Positions 50,401 through 58,991 of a DNA stretch of 64,000 nucleotides are shown piece after piece (within the stretch, counting starts at the first letter, position 1; every line of letters starts with the position of its first letter). The DNA comes from an uncultured cyanobacterium. GTDB taxonomy: Bacteria > Cyanobacteriota > Cyanobacteriia > Cyanobacteriales > CAWCAG01. The stretch lies in NCBI GenBank assembly GCA_963793425.1, contig CAWCAG010000007.1, forward strand, positions 832,001 through 896,000, read 5' to 3'. The notes beneath the pieces are model-generated. The model ran no database searches. It was not told where the DNA came from and was given only the letters and a program-made list of their open reading frames with translations. A program made the translations under genes and the position numbers.

Positions 50401-50577
50401 GTATCCTTTTTCATTAAGTTCAACTTTTTGTCCCTGCTTGAGAATAGTCAGAGGGAAACTATTACTATTAACATTTAGCTGCTCTGAAGAATAGTACCAC
50501 TCACTTTGAACATCAATTTCTGTTTGTTGAGTTAGTTTGGTAATGGTAGCTGCGATGTCTTGTGAGAATTGGTTCAT
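47482..50577 (-). CDS. Alpha-mannosidase (GH38)
   Basis: HAHLDLAWLW, GGMWVEPD, WLTDSFG, GVGDHGGGP, ELYLELHRG, QFHDILPG. Confidence 0.95.
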   Translation of the reverse strand: MNQFSQDIAATITKLTQQTEIDVQSEWYYSSEQLNVNSNSFPLTILKQGQKVELNEKGYIVFGAGSQVIWLAQKITIPHRLDIYPLAGLSLRLALTWWAAEAQIFVDGKLLQEGDLFDSSARVLLRESVTPQEELVIAIRLVSPGHDIGALMASKCIYEAPLDPGFVAQEMLVLQKYLAKFEPEKLGALATELDKLNWQVATNQAEFNQALLKLRQNLLSLAINLKQRCIQMLTHAHLDLAWLWEVEETWEVAQRTFASVLKLKLDFPELTFCHTSPVLYQWLEKNRPQLFKEIQEAVKAGWWEVLGGMWVEPDVNLPSGESLVRQLLYGQKYTKEKFGQITKIAWLTDSFGFSWQLPQIFKQCGIEYFVTQKLHWNDSTKFPYSLFYWQGLDGTQLPTLMSPPNVTGVMDTNPLTQINYAVEWEQQTEIQDIFWLPGVGDHGGGPSRDMLEVQRCWQKSPFFPQLKFTTAENYLNQVSKKDSLPIWQSELYLELHRGCYTTHGEQKRYNRRCEDLLYEAELWSSLATIITKSTYPQQELEKAWKKVLFNQFHDILPGTSITPVFTEANQNWQKVMETGAEIKEKALQKIAAQISLPTPPKPHAQPLIIFNSLNWSRSEVVAVEVPLGNWLIYDSTGNEVESQLSSEGNLLFFAENIPGVGYQLFWLCQGDINREVQHSEEFVLENDCLQIVINSETGEIEQIYDKSNGCEILNGPGNQLQFFQDKGQYWDAWNIDPNYEHHLLSPAQLLSLEWREKGEIQQCIRVTKKFGQSEFIQDYILQINSPVLKIATTVNWQENQVLVKAAFPLNLTSNSATYEIACGAIERTTQPKTEAEKAQWEVAALRWADLTDDSQNYGVSLLNDCKYGYDSKPNQIRLSLLRSPNWPDPQSDRGEHHFTYAIYPHKNSWQEADTVHKGYELNIPLQPLLSKTTEVIKTASLSPESQLLNLSGDTLILIALKQSEVEKNTWILRCYESQGKTTRLNLQGYLSVAMAGYIDCLERPLEEEKEEKEEILPWQIVSLAITQLSDK

Positions 50578-50797
50578 ACTAAATCAGATTGATAAAGAGT
50601 TTCTAAGGCTATTGAGGCAAAAAATCATAATTTATGTTATAATTATCTCATCAGATAAAAATAGAATATTAACTGAAAATTTTCACAGTCGGAGCAGGGT
50701 AGGCAGCTTTCTTAAAATAGGCAAAGGAGGTAAACATTTGACCTGCAAAGTTTTTATAAGCTTAAGCTAATGTACGTTTAAACCATCTCCCCATCTT

Positions 50798-51574
50798 CTA
50801 TCTTTCCATCCCCCGCCTCCCTAAAACTATCCCCAGCAAGGTAATCGCACACAATAGAGCAACAACTTTAATCACCAAGTTATCCCCATTCTTAACTGCG
50901 ATCGCCACTAAAGCCCAAATAGTGACACCAGTATAAGTAATATCTGAACTTTGTCGGATAATGGCTATAGAAATTGCCGTAGCGATAAAAACCAAACTTA
51001 CTGTCCAAACCTCAGCAGAAAGCCTCCAACCTTGCCAATTTTGGGCAGCTAAAGCGCAGGCAACATTAACAACTGTAGCAACACTAATCCAACCTAAATA
51101 AATCCCAATAGGATAATGAACGCACCATCTTTTCGAGCGAGATACAGAAGTATTACCAATTCCTAGTAGTAGATAGATAGCAATTAGGGGTAGCAAAATG
51201 AAAAGCATCGCCACCACCGAAAGGGCAAACCACCGAGACAAAAATAAGTATACCCAAATACTTTGAGCAGTACAGGCAACTACTAAAAGATAGCTAGTTT
51301 TGCGTAAATCGGGATCATTTTTCTGGGCAGGTAAAACTTGATAGATGCCAAAAGCAAACAATCCGAGATAGATTAGTCCCCAAATAATAAAGGCATAATT
51401 AGCCGGGATAATCAAAACTTCTTTGAATAGAGTATTAGAAATTTCGCCAATATTAAGCCCATTTAAAGGAAAAATATTCGAGGCAACGTTGACAATAAAA
51501 GCAATTATTATTGCCATCAGGGTTACAATTTGTCGGAGAAAATCTTGCTGGTTACGAGATAAATAGTTTTGCAT
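50798..51574 (-). CDS. Tryptophan-rich sensory (TspO/MBR-related) membrane protein
   Basis: PANYAFIIWGLIY and IYLGWISVAT motifs; about 8 TMs. Confidence 0.75.
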   Translation of the reverse strand: MQNYLSRNQQDFLRQIVTLMAIIIAFIVNVASNIFPLNGLNIGEISNTLFKEVLIIPANYAFIIWGLIYLGLFAFGIYQVLPAQKNDPDLRKTSYLLVVACTAQSIWVYLFLSRWFALSVVAMLFILLPLIAIYLLLGIGNTSVSRSKRWCVHYPIGIYLGWISVATVVNVACALAAQNWQGWRLSAEVWTVSLVFIATAISIAIIRQSSDITYTGVTIWALVAIAVKNGDNLVIKVVALLCAITLLGIVLGRRGMER

Positions 51575-51635
51575 AGGCTTGAAGAAAATGACTTATTTAT
51601 TTAACCTGGATTGATTAAGGCTTACAATCAACGTT

Positions 51636-53312
51636 ATGAAAACTGCTATTTCTTCCTTAACAAGATTTTTATTGATCAGTCTCATTAGCTTAACCCTGAC
51701 TATCTTGAGCGGCTCTAACCAGCTCATGGCTGCCACTTCAGAAGTAAACACCGGCGAGATAGTTTATGCACCCATAACCTTAGACGGGAGAAATTTATTT
51801 CAAATTGCGGCAAATATCGGTAACTCAAATAATCCTAATCTTTCTAATCTTATCTCTCCTTTAGAAATGCGAGTAGAAATGTATGAGGCTGCCCTCTCGC
51901 AAATCCTCGCCACAGATTTTAATTCTCGCAGCTTATCTGTAACACCTCGTAATCGCCAAGATAAAACTATTATTTTCGTCTCCGATGGACAGCAACTAAC
52001 CCAACAAGCTTTAATGACTGTAACAGAATTAGATGCCCAAATTCACGGCTTATCTGTACAGGAAATAGCTCAACATTTTAGTGGCATCCTTCGCCCTGCT
52101 CTTATTCAAGCACAACGGGAGCGTCAAAGGGAATACTTACAACATCAAGGTTTAGTAACAGCAGGAATTCTTTTCGGATTAATCATTATTACCTTACTCT
52201 CAATATTTTGGCATCAACGCCTCATCAATAATTGGGATAAAATTTATGAAGCGCAACCCCAACCAATCAAACAATCTAACCTCAACTCAGAAGAAGAAGA
52301 AATAGAATATGTCAAAAACAAGCTGATGTCGCAACGTAGACTTAACATCAATCAGCTTAAAAGATGGCTTTTGCTCCTTAGTTTATTTATCCTTTGGGTT
52401 ATAGGTTTAGCTTGGATTGTCGGTTTATTTCCCTACACTCGCTGGTTTCAAGATTGGTTACTTACTAAACCTATCTTAGTAGGAATTATTATCGGCACTA
52501 ACTTAGCAATCCGAGGCACTATCTTTATCCTTGATTATGGCTTCAAAAGATGGTTTGCCCAACAATCTCAAAAACCAACGGCTTCCCCACGACAAATTGC
52601 TCGTATTACCACCTTATCTCAAGTTTGCCGTAGTCTTATCGCATTTTTAGGCATTTTTATTGGTACTATTTTCTTCCTCCATAAACTTCATATTCCCATC
52701 GCCCCAGTCTTGGCTGGGGCAGGAATTATTGGTTTTGCTGTTTCCTTTAGTTCCCAAAGTTTAATCAGAGATATCATCAACGGCATTTTAATTCTTTGGG
52801 AAGATCAGTTTGCCATTGGCGATATAGTGGATGTGGGAGAAACTAGAGGCTTCGTAGAAAACATGAATCTTCGTATGACGCAAATTCGTGGTTCAGAGGG
52901 GCGTTTAAGTACAGTTTCTAATAGTAGAATTACCACTGCCCACAACTTAACTAAAGATTGGTCGCGTATTGATTTAACCATCGAAATTAGTCCTGATACT
53001 GATATCGATCAAGCCTTAAGTGTAATTCGGGAAGTAGCAGAAGGAATGCAACAAGATCCAGAGTGGCAAGATTCAGTTATTGACCCAGTTAATGTCTTAG
53101 GAGTTAATAATATTAGTAGTAGCGGTATTGAAATATTAATTTTTCTCAAAACTCAACCCGGCAAGCAATTAGGCTTAGGAAGAGAATTTCGCCGCCGCTT
53201 AAAATTAGCCTTCGACGGTGCAAACATAACCATCGGCGCACCCCGTCAATCTTTATGGTTAGAAAATGCTTCAGCTTTGCAATTAGTTACTTCAAATGGA
53301 GAGCAAAAATGA
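51636..53312 (+). CDS. Mechanosensitive ion channel (MscS family) with periplasmic N-terminal domain
   Basis: LAGAGIIGFAVSFSSQSLIRDIING..EDQFAIGD..GFVENMNLRMTQIR. Confidence 0.92.
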   Translation: MKTAISSLTRFLLISLISLTLTILSGSNQLMAATSEVNTGEIVYAPITLDGRNLFQIAANIGNSNNPNLSNLISPLEMRVEMYEAALSQILATDFNSRSLSVTPRNRQDKTIIFVSDGQQLTQQALMTVTELDAQIHGLSVQEIAQHFSGILRPALIQAQRERQREYLQHQGLVTAGILFGLIIITLLSIFWHQRLINNWDKIYEAQPQPIKQSNLNSEEEEIEYVKNKLMSQRRLNINQLKRWLLLLSLFILWVIGLAWIVGLFPYTRWFQDWLLTKPILVGIIIGTNLAIRGTIFILDYGFKRWFAQQSQKPTASPRQIARITTLSQVCRSLIAFLGIFIGTIFFLHKLHIPIAPVLAGAGIIGFAVSFSSQSLIRDIINGILILWEDQFAIGDIVDVGETRGFVENMNLRMTQIRGSEGRLSTVSNSRITTAHNLTKDWSRIDLTIEISPDTDIDQALSVIREVAEGMQQDPEWQDSVIDPVNVLGVNNISSSGIEILIFLKTQPGKQLGLGREFRRRLKLAFDGANITIGAPRQSLWLENASALQLVTSNGEQK

Positions 53313-53321
53313 TAAATGTTA

Positions 53322-53347
53322 AATGATTAATGATTAATGATTAATGT
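53322..53347. repeat. Heptamer tandem repeat (AATGATT)n
   Basis: aatgattaatgattaatgattaatgt. Confidence 0.8.
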
Positions 53348-53353
53348 CATAAT

Positions 53354-53758
53354 ATGAAACCCAAATTTAAAAATACCCTCGCTTGGCAACAGGCGCAAAT
53401 TTTGATGCAGCCTACTTTTATCCGAGTACTTGACAATCTTCGCAAACAAGTTGAAAAAACTACTTGGAAGGCAGATTATCAAGAAGCCAACAATCCTTTT
53501 CCTGGTTATAAATTAGTTTTATCTCGCCGAGAAAGTAAAATTGAAATAGATATTTGGGATTTGTGTTTTCAAGTCTGCTTCAGTAACTATAACCCTGAAC
53601 GCATCCATGTTGTTACAGACTTGGTTAACTTCAGTTACGAAGTAGAAATGGATACAACTCTGTTATCTAACACAGGAGAAGTGAATTGGGAACTTTTAGA
53701 GGAAAAAGCTCAAAAATTAGTAGAAAAAGTATTCAATAACTTATCTGATCTGAAATAG
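53354..53758 (+). CDS. Conserved cyanobacterial hypothetical protein
   Basis: AWQQAQILMQPTFIRVLDNLRKQ..DIWDLCFQVCF..GEVNWELLEEKA. Confidence 0.8.
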   Translation: MKPKFKNTLAWQQAQILMQPTFIRVLDNLRKQVEKTTWKADYQEANNPFPGYKLVLSRRESKIEIDIWDLCFQVCFSNYNPERIHVVTDLVNFSYEVEMDTTLLSNTGEVNWELLEEKAQKLVEKVFNNLSDLK

Positions 53759-53804
53759 AAACAACAGCGCAACTACCAACTAGCAACTACTTAAAAAAGC
53801 TATT

Positions 53805-56800
53805 TTATTTTCTTCCCTTTAACCAATAGGTTTTCATATCTCCTTTTCCTTTAATATTCACTTTACCTCGATGGATAAATAAATAGTTTTCCTGCAACCG
53901 TTTGTAAGTAGCTTCGGTAACTTGAATTTCTCCTTCGGCTCCTTGGGATTCCATTCTGCTAGCAACATTAACTGTATCCCCCCACAAGTCGTAGATAAAT
54001 TTCTTAATACCAATTACTCCTGCGACTACTGGTCCTGTATTAATACCGATGCGGAGGCGGAATGGTTTACCATTTTCTTGTTTGAAACGACCAATTTCTT
54101 TTTGCATAGCTAGGGCTATATCAGCGATCGCTTCAACATGGTCTGCTCTAGGAACAGGCAACCCCCCTGCTACCATATAAGCATCACCAATAGTTTTGAT
54201 TTTTTCTAAACCAAGCTCTTCGGCGAGTTGATCAAAGCAAGAGAAAATTTGATTAAGAGTGCTAACTAATTCTAATGGGGCAACATCAGCAGAAATAGGG
54301 GTAAACTCAACAATATCTGCGAAAAGAACCGTTGCTTCATCAAATCTTTCTGCTAAAGAACCTTCGTAATGTTTGAGTTGCTCAGCAATGGTTTTGGGCA
54401 AAATATTCAGTAAGAGGCGTTCTGAACGAGCCTGTTCTTCTCGCAAAGCTTCTTCTGCCTCTTTACGCTTAGTAATATCTGTGGCTGTACCTTCATAATA
54501 AAGCAACTCGCCAACTTCATCTCGTACTACCCTAGTATTTTCAGAAATCCAGATAATACTGTCATCTTTACGATAAATTTGCGATTCAAAATTGGATACT
54601 AAGTCATCTCGCTCCAAAAGTCGCAGAAATTCCTGACGGCGTTCTCTATTCACATAGAGTTGTTCATTAATATTAGGTAAACTGCCAATTAAGTCCCTTA
54701 AGGACAGATAACCATACATATTAATCAAAGCTGGATTCGCACTAATATGACGACCATCAGGAGCAATTTGGAAAATCCCCTCAGCCGCATTTTCAAAGAT
54801 GCTACGATACTTTTCTTCCGCTTTTTCTAAGGCTTTTTCTGCATATTTGCGTTCGGTTATATCCCTTGCCACCCAAATGGCGCAATTATCAGGCATAGGA
54901 GAAACATTTGCTGCGTACCACATTTCTTGAACTGGAGCATATTCAACATTTTGAGTCACAGGCAAACTGTATTCTAAATAAACTGTCTGTCCGGTATTCA
55001 AAGCCCGTTGGATATGACTAACAAACAGTTTTGCTTGAGCAGAAGGCAAAACCTCATAAACCGTCTTACCAATTCTCTCGGTAGAAGGATTGTACAATAG
55101 TTCTGAATTAGTCGAAACAATTTTGAGATAGCGCCCTTGGGCATCAAACACCGCAATTACGTCTGTCATCGCCGCAAACAAAGCCCGCAATTCCGCTTCT
55201 ACTTTTTGGCGTTCGTTGACTTCAATGAGTAACTGACGGTTAGAGTCTCTTAAAGCAGCAGTACGTTCTTCAACTCTTGTTTCTAACTGTTCGTTTGCTC
55301 TTTGTAGAGCTTCTTGGGCTTCTTTGCGTTCAGCGATATCTTCTACTGTACCTTCGTAAAAAAGCAGATTACCTTCTTCATCACAAACAGTACGCGCATT
55401 TTCAGAAATCCAAGTTAAAGTACCGTCACGGCGATAAACTTGAGCTTCAAAACCGACTACCGAACCATACTGATTGAGTCTGCGGATAAATTCTGCTCTA
55501 GTTCCTGGTTCAACGTAGAGATTATCACCAATACTCCCCAGGTTGATAATTAAATCTTCTGGAGAATCATAACCGTAAATGCGTGCTAGGGCAGGATTAG
55601 CGCTAATAAAGTATCCTTCTGGAGTTGTTTGAAAAATTCCTTCTACGGCATTTTCAAAAATGTTACGATACTTAGCTTCAGCTTGACGCAGGCGCTCTTC
55701 TGCTTGTTGGCGTTCGGTGATATCAATGCCGATGGTAAAGGCTGCTTTGTTGTGGTCATATTTTTGAGCAACAATTAGATACTTGCGCTCAATACCATTA
55801 ACCTTAGCTGATACTTCCCGAAACGCATCTTGAATAGTATCATCAGCAAAGAATTGGCGGACAAAAGTATTAAATTCAGAGCTACTATTGAGAAAGCCAA
55901 TATTCTGACCCACAAAAGCTTCTCTTGGCAAGTTAAACGTTTCTGCTAAATGGCGGTTAACTTCTAAATAGTTAAGGTCTTTACTAATACGAGAAACAAT
56001 TCCTGGTACGGCTTCTAGCACCGCTTCCATTTGTCCTTGAGCATCAACAAGTTGCTCTTCTACTCGGTGACGTTTGGTAATGTCAATACCAACAATAAAA
56101 GTTGCTCTGTTGCGATTATATTTTCGGGCTACTAACAACAATCTTCTCTGCAACCCTTTAACCGTAGCCGATACTTCTCTATGTTCATCTTGAACTTCTT
56201 TTTTAGCGAAGAATTGACGGACAAATTCTTTAAACTCAGAACTACTGTTGAGAAAACCGATATCTTGTCCCACAAAGCTTTCTCTAGGTAGCTCAAACAT
56301 ATTGGCTAAATGGCTATTAACTTCTAGGTAGTGCAGGTCATCACTAATACGCGAAACAATGCCCGGCACTGCTTCTAATACCGTTTCCATTTGCTCTTTT
56401 GCTTCTAGGAGTTGCTTTTGCGCTTGGTGACGTTCAGTAATATCAATACCAACAATGAAAGTTGCTCGATTTTGATCGTATTTCTGAGCTACTATCAAGA
56501 ATTTTCGTTCTTCACCTTTAACAAGGGCAGATACCTCTCTATGTTCATCTTGAACTTCGTTTTTAGCGAAGAATTGGCGGACAAATTCTTTGAACTCAGA
56601 ACTACTATTAAGAAAGCCGATATCTTGCCCCACAAAGCTTTCTCTGGGTAGCTCGTATAGCTCTGCTAGATGGCTATTAACTTCTAAGTAGTGAAGGTCA
56701 TGGCTAATGCGAGAAACTCTTCCTGGTACAGCTTCTAAAATTGCCTGGAGTTGATCTCTGGCTGCCCTTAGCTCTTTTTCTGCTTGGGTTCGTTCCACAA

Positions 56801-58568
56801 CTTCCCCCACTAAGCGATCATTAGATTCTTTTAAAGCCGCAGTCCTCTCGGCAACTTTCTCTTCTAATTCTATTTTTGCTTGTTTGAGTATTTCTTCTTC
56901 CTGTTTCTGTTCACTAACATCTCTAGCAACCCAAAGTACAGAATCTGTGGAGATGGGAGAAAGGCTTCCGGCCAACCAAAATCTCTCTTCCCTGATGGTG
57001 AGGCAATATTCAAAATGGACGGTTTCTTGGCTTTCTAAGGCTTCTTGGATGTAACCTAAAAAAGTGTCAGCTTGGTTACGGTCAAATACTTCATCTAGAG
57101 TTTTACCCAACAACTGGCTACCGTCTTGATAGGAAAGATCGGCATGGTTGGGGGCAATTTTCAGATAGCGCCCCTGGTTGTTAATCACCAAAATTAGTTT
57201 TGTCATAGCCTCAAAGAGGCTCTGTAGTTCAGCTTCGGATTCTGGCAAGGGGGTGGAAATTCTCTGGGTCTGAGCCATTTCCCTTTGTAGTTGGGCCATA
57301 TTGCTCTGTAAGTCCGAAGATTTTTTTTGTAAGTCTTTTGCTCTGTTAATCCACAGAGAAACTTCTGAAAGTAAACCGGTAACAACTTCAGAATGATTAG
57401 GGCTATTTTCTCCTAAACTCAGCCAAGGTAGAGGTTTGGCTGGTCGAGGAGCCGTGTGGATGATGCTAAATTTTCCTGTGGGTAAGACTTGAGCAATGCG
57501 ATAGGGTTTCCAAACATGGTGGTTAGGTTCGAGTTGCACTAAGCCGCTAGGAGCCTTGAAAGTCTCTCCATATACTGCTACCCGTAACCTCTCTATGTCA
57601 AAGGATTGGGCTAATTCCACTGCTTGTTTCCACAGATAGATTTGGGTATAAGCTGTTTCGATTGCTTCGTTGATAACTCGCTGTTTGCCGTAGCGATTTT
57701 GAAAGTTACGAATAAATTCTCGGTTGCGTGGGGTATCGAGGCTTTGAAAATAGCTCCGAGTAGCATAGGTTCCTTGGGCATCTTTACCGATCTCTTGCAG
57801 TTCTACTTCGCTTAAACGAAGAGCCATGACGATGGTATCAGGGGAAAAACCTAACTCTTGATACTGTTTATAAAAAAGGAGGTTACTAGGTTCATTGAGA
57901 GTATTAATAATCACATCGGGTTGGATTTGTTTGATATTACCCAGAATAGGTCTAAACTCTTCAATGTCCGGAGGCATATAGACTTCACCAACAACTATTC
58001 CTGCTTGTTCAAGCTGTTGTTTAATCAGTTTGTGGACTGCATGGGAGAAAAGATCATCACTACCAACTAAGTAGAACTTTTCGTTACCGTTGGTCAATAA
58101 CCAGTTAACCGCAGGTTCTGCTTGTTGGTTAGGACAAGAGCCTGTGTAAAAGATATTCTTGGCAGATTCCATGCCTTCATATTGAGCCGAATACCAAAGT
58201 TGGGCATTTAGTTCTTCAAATATTGGTAAGACAGCTTGGCGAATTTGGGAACTATAACAACCAAAGATGTTTTGGATGCTACGCTTTTGAATTAGTTCTC
58301 TTGCTAAGCGTTCAAATTCTTTGGGATCAGAAGCTCCATCAGCAACAACTGGCTCAATTATTCTACCCAATACCCCACCTGTGGCATTGATCTCTTCTAT
58401 GGCCATCAGTTCTGCCTCTACAAGAGAGGTTTCTCTGAAAGCTAAAGTGCCGCTTAGGGAGTGCAAAATACCTACTTGTACGGTAGCACCCTCTTTTTGC
58501 TCTGGGGATTTGAGCGTATTAATGCTTGACATCTCTTCTTGGAGCATCTCACTTGTACACCGATACAC
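53805..58568 (-). CDS. Class III adenylate cyclase with N-terminal UrtA/AmiC-like ligand-binding domain and about 7 PAS domains
   Basis: VGILHSLSGT..INATGGVLGR..DGASD (type 1 periplasmic-binding fold); PAS repeats; cyclase motifs LFADIV, EKIKTIGDAYM, YDLWGDTVNVASRMES (Lys/Asp pair indicates ATP specificity). Confidence 0.9.
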   Translation of the reverse strand: MYRCTSEMLQEEMSSINTLKSPEQKEGATVQVGILHSLSGTLAFRETSLVEAELMAIEEINATGGVLGRIIEPVVADGASDPKEFERLARELIQKRSIQNIFGCYSSQIRQAVLPIFEELNAQLWYSAQYEGMESAKNIFYTGSCPNQQAEPAVNWLLTNGNEKFYLVGSDDLFSHAVHKLIKQQLEQAGIVVGEVYMPPDIEEFRPILGNIKQIQPDVIINTLNEPSNLLFYKQYQELGFSPDTIVMALRLSEVELQEIGKDAQGTYATRSYFQSLDTPRNREFIRNFQNRYGKQRVINEAIETAYTQIYLWKQAVELAQSFDIERLRVAVYGETFKAPSGLVQLEPNHHVWKPYRIAQVLPTGKFSIIHTAPRPAKPLPWLSLGENSPNHSEVVTGLLSEVSLWINRAKDLQKKSSDLQSNMAQLQREMAQTQRISTPLPESEAELQSLFEAMTKLILVINNQGRYLKIAPNHADLSYQDGSQLLGKTLDEVFDRNQADTFLGYIQEALESQETVHFEYCLTIREERFWLAGSLSPISTDSVLWVARDVSEQKQEEEILKQAKIELEEKVAERTAALKESNDRLVGEVVERTQAEKELRAARDQLQAILEAVPGRVSRISHDLHYLEVNSHLAELYELPRESFVGQDIGFLNSSSEFKEFVRQFFAKNEVQDEHREVSALVKGEERKFLIVAQKYDQNRATFIVGIDITERHQAQKQLLEAKEQMETVLEAVPGIVSRISDDLHYLEVNSHLANMFELPRESFVGQDIGFLNSSSEFKEFVRQFFAKKEVQDEHREVSATVKGLQRRLLLVARKYNRNRATFIVGIDITKRHRVEEQLVDAQGQMEAVLEAVPGIVSRISKDLNYLEVNRHLAETFNLPREAFVGQNIGFLNSSSEFNTFVRQFFADDTIQDAFREVSAKVNGIERKYLIVAQKYDHNKAAFTIGIDITERQQAEERLRQAEAKYRNIFENAVEGIFQTTPEGYFISANPALARIYGYDSPEDLIINLGSIGDNLYVEPGTRAEFIRRLNQYGSVVGFEAQVYRRDGTLTWISENARTVCDEEGNLLFYEGTVEDIAERKEAQEALQRANEQLETRVEERTAALRDSNRQLLIEVNERQKVEAELRALFAAMTDVIAVFDAQGRYLKIVSTNSELLYNPSTERIGKTVYEVLPSAQAKLFVSHIQRALNTGQTVYLEYSLPVTQNVEYAPVQEMWYAANVSPMPDNCAIWVARDITERKYAEKALEKAEEKYRSIFENAAEGIFQIAPDGRHISANPALINMYGYLSLRDLIGSLPNINEQLYVNRERRQEFLRLLERDDLVSNFESQIYRKDDSIIWISENTRVVRDEVGELLYYEGTATDITKRKEAEEALREEQARSERLLLNILPKTIAEQLKHYEGSLAERFDEATVLFADIVEFTPISADVAPLELVSTLNQIFSCFDQLAEELGLEKIKTIGDAYMVAGGLPVPRADHVEAIADIALAMQKEIGRFKQENGKPFRLRIGINTGPVVAGVIGIKKFIYDLWGDTVNVASRMESQGAEGEIQVTEATYKRLQENYLFIHRGKVNIKGKGDMKTYWLKGRK
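55681..56760. repeat. Intragenic triplication of a 360-bp PAS module
   Basis: Lines starting at 55861, 56221 and 56581 align base for base (acaaattctt..aactcaga.ctact.tt.agaaa.cc). Confidence 0.9.
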
Positions 58569-58991
58569 TCTTGCCTACGAACTCTAATCTAGAATTTCGG
58601 GATTCTTTGAGTCCCATAAATATTTGAAACTGAGATGCTACTGTTGATGCCTGATGATAATAAATGTAAACTGACAGTTTCTTGAACTCAATAAGAAGCA
58701 CAAATATGTGGCAATGATAGCCTTAATTGATTAAAATTGCCCAGATTGGTAAAGTAGTTGAAGGCTGAATCAACCATTCTATCGGGATTTAACACTTAAC
58801 ATTTATTTATATCAATATGTCATGAAAATTGAGATTTTAGGAGTAAGCAACTAAAAATAATGCTGTTTCTCTTGGGGTTTCAGGTACGATAGGGAAGGTT
58901 TGAGTATGATTTTCCCTTTTGGCAGATGTTTTTTCAGTATAACTATCAGTATCTATAAAAAAAAGTACTTCACCTCATCCCTAAGCTATAG

